Positions 1-10,328 of a DNA stretch of 52,507 bases are shown here, piece by piece. Numbering within the stretch: position 1 is the stretch's first letter; every line of letters begins with the position of its first letter. The notes beneath the pieces are model-generated. The model had not been told where the DNA came from. It did no database searches and worked only from the letters and a program-made list of their open reading frames with translations. The translations under genes were made by a program, and so were the position numbers. Location: positions 1 to 52,507 of the forward strand of contig NZ_JADEWU010000005.1 of NCBI RefSeq assembly GCF_015207485.1, in the 5' to 3' direction. The DNA is from Planktothrix mougeotii LEGE 06226. Its GTDB lineage: Bacteria; Cyanobacteriota; Cyanobacteriia; Cyanobacteriales; Microcoleaceae.

Positions 1-11
1 GATGGGGGGAC

Positions 12-46
12 GGGGAGATGGGGAGATGGGGAGATGGGGAGATGGG
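12..46. repeat. Tandem octamer repeat GGGGAGAT x4 (STRR-like short tandem repeat)
   Basis: Direct reading: GGGGAGAT repeated four times at 12-43 followed by a partial copy; typical cyanobacterial short tandemly repeated sequence. Confidence 0.7.
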
Positions 47-532
47 AATGATTAAGGGCTTACCTCGATCTTCAGACTGCTGTTATAACTTTTAATAGAA
101 GCGGGGATCACGCAAAACGCAATAAGTTGGTGAATAGATCACAATCGGGACTGAGGATTGAGTATTAATTCCTGCTTTTCAACTGCCGATCTTTGATTCG
201 TTGAAACCGTCTGCTTCTGTGTTTTAATAAAATCAACGTATTTTAGGAACCAAACCTATGACCAGCAAAACTCAAAAATCCGGTGGCCCTTATACCTTTC
301 GTGTGTTTTGGGCACTGCTTCTGTTAGGGATTAACTTTTTAGTTGCCGCTTACTATTTCGGCATCATTGTATAGTTTTAACATCATCCACTTTTAAAGAT
401 TGTGCTGCTCTTGATCAATCTTCTAAGATGAGGAGAATAAATTTCAACTTCTCAGATCATCGAGCAGCACTATGATTTCAGGATATTTGACATTCCGCTA
501 CAGTCACATCTCCTCAACCGTTTAACCGTTAA

Positions 533-907
533 TTATTGGGTGTCTATTCGCGCTTTTAAATCCGCGATTTGTTGTTGAAGTTGTTGCACATCTTGTTTTG
601 TTTCTATAACTAAGGTGGCTAACCGATCAAACATCGGATCACCCGAAAGGAAACGATTTTCTGGTTGAGGTGGAGGACTGGTTGCATCCGGCTCAACCTG
701 AATCACTGTTGTTCCTGAGCTTTGATATCGCAAACTATTAATCTGTCCTGCGAGTTGAGAGACTTGTGCTTCTAATCGACTCATGCGATATTCAAGCTGA
801 GTGGCTGAACCTTGTGCTAAGGTCAAACTATTCCAACCCAGCGTAACGCCTAAAATGATTGTAATCGCTAGAATAAGATTCTGGAACCCAAAACGCTTTT
901 TCACCAT
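533..907 (-). CDS. Hypothetical protein with an N-terminal TM/signal segment and coiled-coil-like Q/L-rich region
   Basis: 124 aa ORF; N-terminal hydrophobic stretch (LILAITIILGVTLGW) followed by Q/L-rich heptad-like sequence; no recognisable catalytic motif. Confidence 0.4.
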   Translation of the reverse strand: MVKKRFGFQNLILAITIILGVTLGWNSLTLAQGSATQLEYRMSRLEAQVSQLAGQINSLRYQSSGTTVIQVEPDATSPPPQPENRFLSGDPMFDRLATLVIETKQDVQQLQQQIADLKARIDTQ

Positions 908-924
908 ATTTTAACCCCTTATCC

Positions 925-1584
925 TTGTTGTTTAGGATTACTGAACTAATGACTCAAAAAAATGTTGCTATTTTAATGTTTAATGACGTTGAAATTCTGG
1001 ATTTCGCTGCCCCCTATGAGATCTTTTCTATTACCTCAGAAATTAACGAAGATAAACCCTTTAATGTTTATCTAGTGGCAGAAACCTTAAACTCCCTTCA
1101 ATCCCATAATGGCTTAAGTATTAATCCTGATTTCACCTTATTAGATAGTCCCGTCCCTGATGTAATTTTTATACCGGGTGGAATTGGCACAAAGGCTGCA
1201 ATGAATCAACTTCAAATTTTAGCTTGGATTCAATCTAAAGGACATCATGCTGATTTAATTGTATCAGTCTGTACGGGAGCTTTACTGTTAGCTAAAGTCG
1301 GTTTATTAGATGGGTTAGTTGCGACGACTCATCATCAAGCTTTAGAGCAATTAAAAGTGCTTGCTCCCCAGACTACTATTGTAGACAATCAACGATATGT
1401 TGATAATGGCAAAATTATCACAGCGGCTGGAATTTCGGCGGGAATTGATGTGTCTCTTTATGTGATTGCTAAACTTTTAGGGGATGACAAAGCTTTAAAA
1501 ACCGCTCAATACATGGAATATGATTGGAAACCCAAAGTTAAAATCACCCCAACTCCTAAAATATCAAATTCTTTGGGACTCTAA
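925..1584 (+). CDS. DJ-1/PfpI family protein (class I glutamine amidotransferase-like fold)
   Basis: 219 aa; N-terminal NVAILMF...VEILDF pattern and nucleophile-elbow SVCTGALLLAKVGLLDG, characteristic of DJ-1/PfpI/ThiJ proteins. Confidence 0.75.
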   Translation: MLFRITELMTQKNVAILMFNDVEILDFAAPYEIFSITSEINEDKPFNVYLVAETLNSLQSHNGLSINPDFTLLDSPVPDVIFIPGGIGTKAAMNQLQILAWIQSKGHHADLIVSVCTGALLLAKVGLLDGLVATTHHQALEQLKVLAPQTTIVDNQRYVDNGKIITAAGISAGIDVSLYVIAKLLGDDKALKTAQYMEYDWKPKVKITPTPKISNSLGL

Positions 1585-1745
1585 TTCTGTTTGAGCTTGC
1601 ATAAGTTTAATCACTTCAGAGATAAGTAAACTTGAGGGGTGAGATCACCTTACCCCTCTGTCCTAAATCACTTGTTGGAGTTGTTGGTTGCTTGGGATTC
1701 ATAAGCCGAATTCAACAAGATACCGACTTCCTCTGTTCCTAACCC

Positions 1746-3233
1746 ATGAGTAAAGCATTAAAGTATTGGACACTGGTTAAACTCGAAAGTTCTGGCCGAC
1801 AAAAACGGTCGGAAATAGCAGCAGCCAAAGCCTTTTTTGAGAGCGCTTTTCCAGAATTCATCGCCGAGGCGGATGTTCCCGATGTGCCCATTCAGAAGCA
1901 ATTAGTACAATGGCTTCGTGATGCTAATTCTCAAGGGAATAATATCAATAGCCAAAATGCAGAATGTTGTCTTTTATGCTTTATTTCTTGGGAAATTGAA
2001 CAGGTTTGCCTTCAGTTAGCTCAACAATTTGGAACCTATCATGGTTTTAGGGGTCAAGACTTATTCCCCTTTGTTTTGGATGAAGAAGGAATTAATCGTC
2101 AGCGCCATTTAGGACAAACAAAAACCCCTTATCAATCCTTTGCACGGGAAATTTTACAAACCTTTGATCCTCAGCAAAGTAGTTTGGCAACTTGGACAAA
2201 TCGACGAGTTAAATTTAATAGTGAAATCAATAAGTTTTTACTAGAGCATGGGGTGTATCTCGTGAGTGATTGGGCAATTTTAAATGATACCCATCCTCAA
2301 CAACTGGAAAAAATTTTAACCCAGTTTTATCAATTAACGTCCCTGGAAGTTGAACAGCGATTACAGCTTTTAGCTTGCTACCATAGCGTTTACCGTAGCC
2401 AACGTTTACAACAACGCCAAGCCGGAGCTAAAAAACGCTGTCAACCGCCAACGGCCCAACAATATCAACAAATTGCTCAACGGTTAGAAACCTTAATTCA
2501 ACAGAGGATTTCTCCTAAAGCCGTCGCCCTGAAATTACAAAATCTAGCAACTCAATTACGCCAATATCGTACCTATATTCGCGGAGGAAAGTTACCCAAC
2601 CAATCCTTTATTTCTATTGATGATTCTGATTCTATTATTGAACAAATTCCTAGCCCTGAAGCGTTAGAAAACGATGAGGAAGACATCAAAAAACAGGAGT
2701 TTTTAAACTGGTATGAAAAACAGTTTTTGATGTGTTTAAATAGCAGTATTGCTCAAGTTTTAGAAACCTGGTTAACAACTTGCCAAAAGCGAGGTGGAGA
2801 AAAAACGGAACAATTTTTAACCGCACTTTATCTGTTTCATTGTCAGGGTCAATCTATGAGCGAAATTGCAGCTACATTAGGATTAAAAGCTCAGTATCAA
2901 GTAACTCGTTTATTAAAGCTTAAAGCCTTTCGCGCTGATGTCAGACATCATTTATTATTGCAGTTACGCGATCGCATTTTAGAGTATACCAAACCTGAGC
3001 ATCTTTCCCAAGAGTTAGAACAGTGGGAAAAACAAATTGAATTAGCCTTAGATGGAGAATTGGAAACCCTGTTTAAACAAGCTGAATCTGATTCCTATAT
3101 TGCTCAAAATCGTCCCCTAGATAGTCCCTTTTTTAAAGGCGTTTGCTACTATTTAGATTTAAGAGAAAAAAGTCCCAACTTGATACAGTCCATGATTTCT
3201 TTATTATCTAAAAATTCCCGACGGAGCTATTAA
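1746..3233 (+). CDS. Hypothetical protein with C-terminal sigma-70 region-4-like HTH; first gene of a four-gene operon
   Basis: 495 aa ORF; segment GQSMSEIAATLGLKAQYQVTRLL resembles a sigma-70 region 4 / LuxR-type helix-turn-helix; 3 nt gap to the next ORF. Confidence 0.4.
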   Translation: MSKALKYWTLVKLESSGRQKRSEIAAAKAFFESAFPEFIAEADVPDVPIQKQLVQWLRDANSQGNNINSQNAECCLLCFISWEIEQVCLQLAQQFGTYHGFRGQDLFPFVLDEEGINRQRHLGQTKTPYQSFAREILQTFDPQQSSLATWTNRRVKFNSEINKFLLEHGVYLVSDWAILNDTHPQQLEKILTQFYQLTSLEVEQRLQLLACYHSVYRSQRLQQRQAGAKKRCQPPTAQQYQQIAQRLETLIQQRISPKAVALKLQNLATQLRQYRTYIRGGKLPNQSFISIDDSDSIIEQIPSPEALENDEEDIKKQEFLNWYEKQFLMCLNSSIAQVLETWLTTCQKRGGEKTEQFLTALYLFHCQGQSMSEIAATLGLKAQYQVTRLLKLKAFRADVRHHLLLQLRDRILEYTKPEHLSQELEQWEKQIELALDGELETLFKQAESDSYIAQNRPLDSPFFKGVCYYLDLREKSPNLIQSMISLLSKNSRRSY

Positions 3234-3235
3234 TA

Positions 3236-4606
3236 ATGTTTACTTCTTTCTTAGATGAATCAGAAGTTTTGTTTGAGTTTGAACCGCTTAATCCTGAAGC
3301 CTTACCCTTATCTTCTGAACAAATTGATCAATCCTTAGATTATTGCCGTTCTATTCTCAATGATCGAAAACAATGGCAAACCTATCTCAATTCTCTAGCC
3401 TTATTTGGGTTTCAGAATTGGTTAGAACAGCGTTCATCAGAACTGGTATTTAATTTAGAGCATCCTTCGTTAGAAAAACCTGAATTAGCTTATTTTATTG
3501 AAGCTGTTTGCCACTTAGCTGTTAATCAATTTAAAATCTGCTTAGTCGCCTTGGGAAATTCTAGGACGGATACTATTATTTTACCTAGGGCTATATTTGA
3601 ATTACCAGAATATAGGGCGCATTATTATATTTTAATTGAAGTTCAAGAAGAATTAGAAACAACCTCAATTTATGGGTTTATTTCCTATTCCGATTTTCAA
3701 ACCCATATAACACAGATTGATTTAGAACCCAAAGCAGATTGGACATATTCTGTTCCCTTATCTTGGTTTAACATAGAACCTGATCAATTTTTATTATTTT
3801 TACGCTGTTTAGAAGTGTCTGCAATTCCTTTACCAGAAATTCCAAATCCTGCAATACTATTATCTCAAATTCGAGAAGAATTAATTAGCAAACTTTCCCA
3901 ACTCCAATCCTCAGAACCCGGTATTTTTCCTGAATTGTGGCAAATTTTAACTTGGGAACAGGGAAAGATTCTTTTCAGTTATCCTGAATTACTGCGGTGG
4001 ATTTATGAAGTACAAAATCAAGTGAGTTTATCGGTACAACCGATTTCTCAATCTCCTCAAAATCCGGTTGCTTATTTAACAGATTTATTTGACTTATTAA
4101 CACAACCTGCGCTCAATTTAGCGCGATGGTTTAACCCGGAATTAGACACAATATCAACAGCTTTATCCTGGGTTTTTATTCCCAATTTTTCTCCAGAAAC
4201 CGCCTTGCGTGACGGAACTGAAATTTCCAGTTTAGTCAAACAACTCCAAGAAAATGGCGTCGAAATTTCTCCCCAAGCCAAAGGTGCTTATCGAGATTTA
4301 GGTTTAGGAGGACGTTCTCTACGATTATATGCTTTAACTTGGCCATTAGAATGGGAAATTGAACCCGAATGGACGCTATTATTAATATTAGGTTTACCTA
4401 CAGGAACGGATTTACCAGTGGGTGTGAAATTACGAGTCAGTGACGCCACCGGAATTTTAGTTGAACAAGATTTAAGTCGGGAAGATCAGTGTTCTTATTT
4501 ATTTACTCGTGTGGTCGGAACTTGTCAAGAAAAATTTGTGGTGACAGTGAGTTTAAGGGAAGATATAACAGAAACATTACCGCCTTTTGAATTTAGTTTC
4601 AATTAA
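3236..4606 (+). CDS. Hypothetical protein (operon member, no recognisable motif)
   Basis: 456 aa ORF tightly packed between flanking co-oriented ORFs (3 nt gap upstream, 20 nt overlap downstream). Confidence 0.4.
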   Translation: MFTSFLDESEVLFEFEPLNPEALPLSSEQIDQSLDYCRSILNDRKQWQTYLNSLALFGFQNWLEQRSSELVFNLEHPSLEKPELAYFIEAVCHLAVNQFKICLVALGNSRTDTIILPRAIFELPEYRAHYYILIEVQEELETTSIYGFISYSDFQTHITQIDLEPKADWTYSVPLSWFNIEPDQFLLFLRCLEVSAIPLPEIPNPAILLSQIREELISKLSQLQSSEPGIFPELWQILTWEQGKILFSYPELLRWIYEVQNQVSLSVQPISQSPQNPVAYLTDLFDLLTQPALNLARWFNPELDTISTALSWVFIPNFSPETALRDGTEISSLVKQLQENGVEISPQAKGAYRDLGLGGRSLRLYALTWPLEWEIEPEWTLLLILGLPTGTDLPVGVKLRVSDATGILVEQDLSREDQCSYLFTRVVGTCQEKFVVTVSLREDITETLPPFEFSFN

Positions 4607-7097
4607 GATTAAAAACCTAAATATGAATGCCATTGTTTCCCCTTTTTATCTCAAAGTTCAACGAGTTGAGCAGGTTTGCTTATTTCAATTATCTTGGGGA
4701 AAAGGGCAAAATTTGGGAGTCACCCTTCCCTATCCTGAACGATTAACTCAACTGTATCAAGAATGGCAATATATTTATCTAAGTTTTTATCAGAAAGCCC
4801 TGCGGGGTCGAGTGGAAGCGACCGGAAAACTTACCCAAAACCAAACAGATTGGCACGCTAAATTAGTTCAAGCAGAAGCAAAATTATTATATGAATTTCA
4901 TCGCTGGTTAAGACATGAAGAATTATATGAAATTCGAGCAACTCTGGCTAAAGCGACATCAAAGCAGAATTTAGAAACTTTACCCCGTCATCCCGGCGTT
5001 GGATTAGATATTGATGTGTTTCTCACCACTGACCCGATAGATGTGGCTCGACTTCCTTGGGAAGCGTGGGAAATTGGTACAGAATTTGCGGCGACTGGAA
5101 AAATTAGAATTGTTCGTCAACCGATTAATATTCGTCAGGTTACAACGACTTCCGAACACCGACCAACCCGCAACAAAGTTAGGGTATTAGTAATTTTAGG
5201 AGATGAAACGGGATTAAATTTTCAAGCTGATAAAGAAGCGGTGCGAGCGCTCGCTCCAATTGCAGAAATTCAGTTTGTCGGTTGGCAACCTCAACAAACT
5301 GTAATGGAGGTTAAACTCGCAGTTGTTAAAGCCATTCAAGATCAAAAAGGTTGGGATATTTTACTGTTTGCTGGTCATAGTAATGAAACGGAATTAACCG
5401 GAGGAGAATTAGGGATTGCGCCCTCAGTTTCGTTGTCCTTATCCGAACTGATTCAACCCTTAACTGTTGCCAAACAACGAGGCTTACAATTTGCTTTATT
5501 TAATTCTTGTAATGGCTTAAGTTTAGCGAATACCTTGATTGATTTAGGATTAAATCAAGTGGCGATTATGCGAGAACCTATCCATAATCAAGTGGCTCAA
5601 GAATTTTTATTACGATTTATTCGCAGCTTAACGGAATATCATGATGTTCATGATGCCTTATTATCCGCTTGTCAATTCCTTAAATTAGAAAAACATTTAA
5701 CCTATCCCAGTGCCTATTTAATTCCGTCCTTATTTCGCCATCCCCACGCTCCTCCGTTTAAATTACAAGCCTTAAGTTGGAAACAACGATTAAAACGATG
5801 GTTTCCGACAAAAAAAGAAGTCTTTGCCCTGACAACCTTATTAGTTATCGCTTGGCAAACTCCGATTCAAAATTTTTTATTAGAACGACGAATTTTGATT
5901 CAAGCTATTTATCGAAATTTAACTCATCAAATTCCAACTCAATCCTCTCCCCCCGTTCTATTAATTTTAATTGATGAAAAATCTATTCTAAAAGCTAAAA
6001 TTTCTAATCCAAGACCGATGGATCGAAGTTATTTAGCTGAGATTATTAATCAGTTAATTCAACTTAATCTGCAAATAATTGGCATTGATTATTTATTAGA
6101 TCGTCATCAACCTCAAAACGATCCCATTTTATCCCAATCTTTACAAAATGCAGTTCAAAATCATCAAACTTGGTTAATATTTGGAACCAGTAAAAATCCC
6201 ACCGGAGGATGGTTTGAAACCTTACCCGAATTAGCGAGTCCTAATTGGAGCTTACAAGGGGATTTAAGAATATTAGGTTATCCTCCCCTCTATACCACCT
6301 TACTGCCCCTTCCTGACTCTCGACAACAACCTTTACCCTTCGCTTATTTATTAGCTTTAGCGTATCAATTAAACGTTCAAGAACTTGAACCTCCTTCCCC
6401 TCAACTTAACTCATCCGTTGATTGGCTATCCCATTTAAAAGCCTATTTAATTGATAGTACCGGAACAGATTATCAAAGGTTATTTTCATCAAAAGCACGT
6501 TTACAACCGATCACAAATTGGGCATATTTATTAAAGCAATGGTGGTTTCATCCCCTGATTGATTTTTCAATTCCCCCAAAACAAGTGTATCAAAGTCTTC
6601 CCGCTTGGCAATTATTTGAGTCTCCAGAGTCTACCTTGAAACTTTCTACTCCCTTTGTCGTTCTAATTGCACCAGGGGGATATGGTGAAGCCGGAATTGC
6701 AACAGAAGGTCAGGATAATTTTCCTTTACCTATGGCATTAAATTATTGGTATTCTCAGGAAACACCACGCAATTATCGCCAAGTCTTACCGGGAGGTGAA
6801 GTTCATGCTTACATGACTCATCACTTTATTCAGCAACGATTTGTGATTCCCATTCCTGACCTTTTGCTGATTTTAATTGCCGCTTTATTCGGAAAAGGAG
6901 CGACTTTATCCTTAGCAACAGTTCGTCCTCAAAAAATAAAGTATATCCTGGTGTTTTTGGGATTAACAGGAATATATGGATTAGGGAGTGTACAGGTTTA
7001 TATTACAGGGGAACTTCTGCTTCCTTGGGTGTTACCAACTTTGATGTTTTGGATGTATATTTTTCTGACATTTGTGGAAAGGAAATTTTATGGCTAA
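4587..7097 (+). CDS. CHAT-domain (caspase-like His/Cys protease) protein fused to a CHASE2-like membrane sensor region with C-terminal TM helices
   Basis: 836 aa; caspase/CHAT-like dyad context DILLFAGHSNE ... QFALFNSCNGLS; internal hydrophobic segment (VFALTTLLVIAW); three C-terminal hydrophobic helices (LLLILIAALFG, ILVFLGLTGIYGLG, LLLPWVLPTLMFWMYIFLTF), consistent with TM-periplasmic-3TM CHASE2 topology. Confidence 0.55.
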   Translation: MNLVSIKIKNLNMNAIVSPFYLKVQRVEQVCLFQLSWGKGQNLGVTLPYPERLTQLYQEWQYIYLSFYQKALRGRVEATGKLTQNQTDWHAKLVQAEAKLLYEFHRWLRHEELYEIRATLAKATSKQNLETLPRHPGVGLDIDVFLTTDPIDVARLPWEAWEIGTEFAATGKIRIVRQPINIRQVTTTSEHRPTRNKVRVLVILGDETGLNFQADKEAVRALAPIAEIQFVGWQPQQTVMEVKLAVVKAIQDQKGWDILLFAGHSNETELTGGELGIAPSVSLSLSELIQPLTVAKQRGLQFALFNSCNGLSLANTLIDLGLNQVAIMREPIHNQVAQEFLLRFIRSLTEYHDVHDALLSACQFLKLEKHLTYPSAYLIPSLFRHPHAPPFKLQALSWKQRLKRWFPTKKEVFALTTLLVIAWQTPIQNFLLERRILIQAIYRNLTHQIPTQSSPPVLLILIDEKSILKAKISNPRPMDRSYLAEIINQLIQLNLQIIGIDYLLDRHQPQNDPILSQSLQNAVQNHQTWLIFGTSKNPTGGWFETLPELASPNWSLQGDLRILGYPPLYTTLLPLPDSRQQPLPFAYLLALAYQLNVQELEPPSPQLNSSVDWLSHLKAYLIDSTGTDYQRLFSSKARLQPITNWAYLLKQWWFHPLIDFSIPPKQVYQSLPAWQLFESPESTLKLSTPFVVLIAPGGYGEAGIATEGQDNFPLPMALNYWYSQETPRNYRQVLPGGEVHAYMTHHFIQQRFVIPIPDLLLILIAALFGKGATLSLATVRPQKIKYILVFLGLTGIYGLGSVQVYITGELLLPWVLPTLMFWMYIFLTFVERKFYG

Positions 7098-7827
7098 GTT
7101 CAACTTTGTGCGTTCTCTTTGGAGATGCACAACCCTGGTCAGCATAATAGGATTTTCGGTTATTCCTCCTGCACTGAGTGAACCCAGTTTTTATCCTTTA
7201 GAATTTAAAAAAAGTTCCCATTCTGGAGAAGAATTGTATCAGCTTGCTAATCATGATTCTTCAACGACTAATCATGAACCGCCTGTCTATTCTCCTGGGG
7301 GGTCACGGGGAAATGAAATTTGTACAATTGTTCCTCTAACCCAACCTAATAATCATCAAGTTGATAGTGAAATTTGGAGTGACAAACCCACTTTTATTTG
7401 GCGAGGAAATATTGAATATGTAGAACTGCATTCTGATGACAATGGGACTTTAATTTGGAGTCAAAATATTTCGGATTCTAAGCAAAGTATTTCCTATACG
7501 GGAGAACCGCTTCAACCTGGAGAAACCTATCAATTATCACTTTATGATATCTCTAATCCTGATGTCAGTGATTTTCCCCGTGACTCTTTAACTTTTAAAG
7601 TTATAGAAACCCATCAACACCAGAAAATTCAGCAGGATTTAGAAGAATTAGAAACGCAACTGCATCAACAAAAAGCCCCCGCAGAAGCAATTACTTTAGC
7701 TCGGATTCAATATTTTGTAGAACATCAGTTATGGTCAGATGCTCTGATGGAATCTTCCTCAATTCAGGTTCAAGACCCCAGTTTAAATGAGTTATTAAAA
7801 ACTAAAGTGTCCCGTTCTTGTGGATAA
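7072..7827 (+). CDS. Secreted hypothetical protein (signal peptide); last gene of the CHAT operon; probable true start at 7090
   Basis: 251 aa ORF; N-terminal MAKFNFVRSLWRCTTLVSIIGFSVIPPALS looks like a signal peptide; overlaps the upstream ORF. From memory only, DUF928-type secreted proteins accompany CHAT proteins in cyanobacteria; this was not verified. Confidence 0.4.
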   Translation: MWKGNFMAKFNFVRSLWRCTTLVSIIGFSVIPPALSEPSFYPLEFKKSSHSGEELYQLANHDSSTTNHEPPVYSPGGSRGNEICTIVPLTQPNNHQVDSEIWSDKPTFIWRGNIEYVELHSDDNGTLIWSQNISDSKQSISYTGEPLQPGETYQLSLYDISNPDVSDFPRDSLTFKVIETHQHQKIQQDLEELETQLHQQKAPAEAITLARIQYFVEHQLWSDALMESSSIQVQDPSLNELLKTKVSRSCG

Positions 7828-7971
7828 CTCAAAATTGGAATTTTAGATTTTTTTGATCTTTGCTTCAACCCCCGACTCATAGGAAGAAGGGGGTGAGATT
7901 ATCTAAATTGATAATATAGTCCTGAATTAATTTAAGATAGGAAGAAGACCTCAATTCCAATTTAGATTAAA

Positions 7972-8889
7972 ATGACAACAGAGACAGCAGCAACCTCAAT
8001 CTTGCCATTGGGTACATTATGGCAACGGATTATTACTCAAACTGAATATGCTCTCAATTGTGGCGCTCTTCAATCAATTGCAACAGATTATGATTTTATT
8101 GAAGAGGGGGATATTCGCTTTTTAGTTAGAATTTTAGCTAACTTAGCGCGTAAGGAAAAAGCGAAGAAACAGCAAAAAAAGATAGAGAAATCGGGGAAAG
8201 AGTTTAACCCTTTTCTTCCTTATGAAAAAGATTTATTTGTTGCTGATTTATCGAAAACTCATTTATGTTTACTGAATAAATTCAATGTAGTTGAGCATCA
8301 TTTATTAATTGTAACCCGCGAATTTGAAGAACAAGAAACTTGGCTAACTCAAGCCGATTTTGCAGCGATGTGGATGGGTTTAGCAGAAATTGATGGATTA
8401 ATATTTTATAATGGGGGTAAATTAGCGGGAGCAAGTCAACGCCATAAACATCTACAATTAGTTCCTTTTCCCTTAGTTCCCGATGGCTTAAATCTTCCCA
8501 TTCAACCTGCGATCGCTTCTGTACAATTTCAAAATTCTATTGGTATCATTCCTGAATTCCCTTTTGTTCATGCGATCGCCTCTTTTAATCCCAATTGGAT
8601 TCATACCCCATTAGAAGCTGCTATTTTCACCTTGGAATTATACTTTGCTTTATTATCAGCCGTGGGTTTATCCGTTGATGATCATCTTTTTCAATCAGGA
8701 GCTTATAATTTATTAGCTACCCGAAATTGGATGATGATTGTTCCTCGATCTCAAGAAGAATTTGAGGGAATTTCGATTAATTCTTTAGGGTTTGCGGGAG
8801 GATTATTAGTCAGAAATTCCCAACAACTACAATGGCTTAAATCCTATCACCCTTTAACGGTTTTAAAACAAGTCGGAATTTCCCGTTAA
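7972..8889 (+). CDS. Ap4A phosphorylase / ATP adenylyltransferase-like protein (HIT-like HxHxQ motif)
   Basis: 305 aa; motif SQRHKHLQLVP matches the HxHxQ histidine triad arrangement of the Apa2-type ATP adenylyltransferase family. Confidence 0.5.
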   Translation: MTTETAATSILPLGTLWQRIITQTEYALNCGALQSIATDYDFIEEGDIRFLVRILANLARKEKAKKQQKKIEKSGKEFNPFLPYEKDLFVADLSKTHLCLLNKFNVVEHHLLIVTREFEEQETWLTQADFAAMWMGLAEIDGLIFYNGGKLAGASQRHKHLQLVPFPLVPDGLNLPIQPAIASVQFQNSIGIIPEFPFVHAIASFNPNWIHTPLEAAIFTLELYFALLSAVGLSVDDHLFQSGAYNLLATRNWMMIVPRSQEEFEGISINSLGFAGGLLVRNSQQLQWLKSYHPLTVLKQVGISR

Positions 8890-8923
8890 TTCGGCTCTTT
8901 TTTGATGTTTTTTCTATTCCCCC

Positions 8924-8951
8924 TTCGTAATTCGTAATTCGTAATTCGTAA
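8924..8951. repeat. Heptamer tandem repeat TTCGTAA x4 (STRR) in a convergent intergenic region
   Basis: Direct reading: TTCGTAA x4 flanked by T-runs, between the convergent genes ending at 8889 (+) and 8957 (-). Confidence 0.8.
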
Positions 8952-8956
8952 TTTTT

Positions 8957-10048
8957 TTAAACTAAATCAGGAAAAACTTCCCGAACAGCCGGATGGACTA
9001 AATGGTGATTTTCCACATTTAAACCTTTGGCTAAAACCGGGTTTAATTCTAATGCTTTGAGTCCCCGATCTGCTAACTGAAGAACATAAGGTAAGGTACT
9101 ATTATTTAGAGCTTGGGTCGCTGTCCAAGGCACAGCACCGGGCATATTGGGAACGCCATAATGTACCACCTTTTCTTCAATATAAGTCGGATGGCTGTGA
9201 GACGTTGGCCGTAAAGTTTCAATACACCCTCCTTGATCTACGGCGACATCCACAATGACAGAACCGGGACGCATTTGAGCGACTAACTCACGAGAAACTA
9301 ATTTTGGGGCGCGTTTTCCTAAGATTAAAACCGCACCAATTAATAAATCTGCTTGGGGAACACTTTCTTCAATTTGGGATAAATGACTGTAGAGTAATTC
9401 CACACTCGATCCAAACACCGTTTCCAAATACGCTAATCGCTCCACATTCACATCTAAAATTTGCACTTTAGCCCCCATACCGAGGGCAACCCTAGCCGCT
9501 TCTGTGCCAACTACACCTCCCCCTAAAATTACAACAGTGGCCGCTTTTACCCCAGGAATTCCCCCTAATAAAACCCCTCGTCCTCCCTGTTGTCGTTCTA
9601 AAAAACGAGCCCCAAACTGAATCGATAACCGTCCCGCGATAATACTCATGGGGGTTAGTAAAGGCAAGCGACCATCAGGAAGTTCTACCGTTTCATAGGC
9701 GATCGCATGAACACCCTTATGAATTAACTGTTCCGTTAGTTCCCGATCTGCCGCCAAATGCAGATAAGTAAACAGCAGTTGCCCTTTTTGAATGCACTCA
9801 TATTCTGAGGGCAAAGGTTCTTTAACTTTCACCACCAGTTCGCGACACCAAGCATCAGCCGGAGATTCCACGATTATGGCTCCCGCTCGTATATAATCCT
9901 CATCGGTAAATCCAGCACCATTCCCTGCACCCGTTTCCACAAAAACTTGATGACCTCGTTCACAGCAGACTCGCACACTACCGGGACTCAATCCCACCCG
10001 AAATTCCTGATCTTTAATTTCTTTCGGAATCCCAATTTGCATCATCAA
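8957..10048 (-). CDS. ald: Alanine dehydrogenase
   Basis: 363 aa; N-terminal MQIGIPKEIKDQEFRVGLSPGSVR and Rossmann motif VVILGGGVVGTEAARVALGMGAKVQILDVN typical of AlaDH/PNT-alpha family; length fits AlaDH. Confidence 0.8.
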   Translation of the reverse strand: MMMQIGIPKEIKDQEFRVGLSPGSVRVCCERGHQVFVETGAGNGAGFTDEDYIRAGAIIVESPADAWCRELVVKVKEPLPSEYECIQKGQLLFTYLHLAADRELTEQLIHKGVHAIAYETVELPDGRLPLLTPMSIIAGRLSIQFGARFLERQQGGRGVLLGGIPGVKAATVVILGGGVVGTEAARVALGMGAKVQILDVNVERLAYLETVFGSSVELLYSHLSQIEESVPQADLLIGAVLILGKRAPKLVSRELVAQMRPGSVIVDVAVDQGGCIETLRPTSHSHPTYIEEKVVHYGVPNMPGAVPWTATQALNNSTLPYVLQLADRGLKALELNPVLAKGLNVENHHLVHPAVREVFPDLV

Positions 10049-10328
10049 TTATTTCTCCTTCGTCTGACTGCGCTATCTTTCAACCTTTGTATTCTAATTT
10101 AGAGGATAATTTTGCTGGGAGTTTCTAATCTAAGTATAAAATTCAGGGGGGGACTTACAGCCCAATCTTTAAATATCCGTGATTATTTCTAAATTGGGTA
10201 TTCCAAGATTAATATTCGGATAAAACCCCTCCCTCAGAGTGATTCCAGCTAATAGATCACTAATTAACGACTGTTTACCCCTAGACATCTGGAATCTTTT
10301 CGGTAGAATCAGAACAAAAAATTAACGA

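Noticed and set aside
5777-5974. 65-aa ORF inside the CHAT/CHASE2 gene
   Set aside because: Alternate-frame ORF within a long coding region; S/N-rich, low-complexity translation.
8957-10048. Alternative call as NAD(P) transhydrogenase alpha subunit (PntA) instead of alanine dehydrogenase
   Set aside because: Both share this N-terminal fold, but a stand-alone 363-aa protein without the C-terminal TM segment and without adjacent pntB fits AlaDH better.
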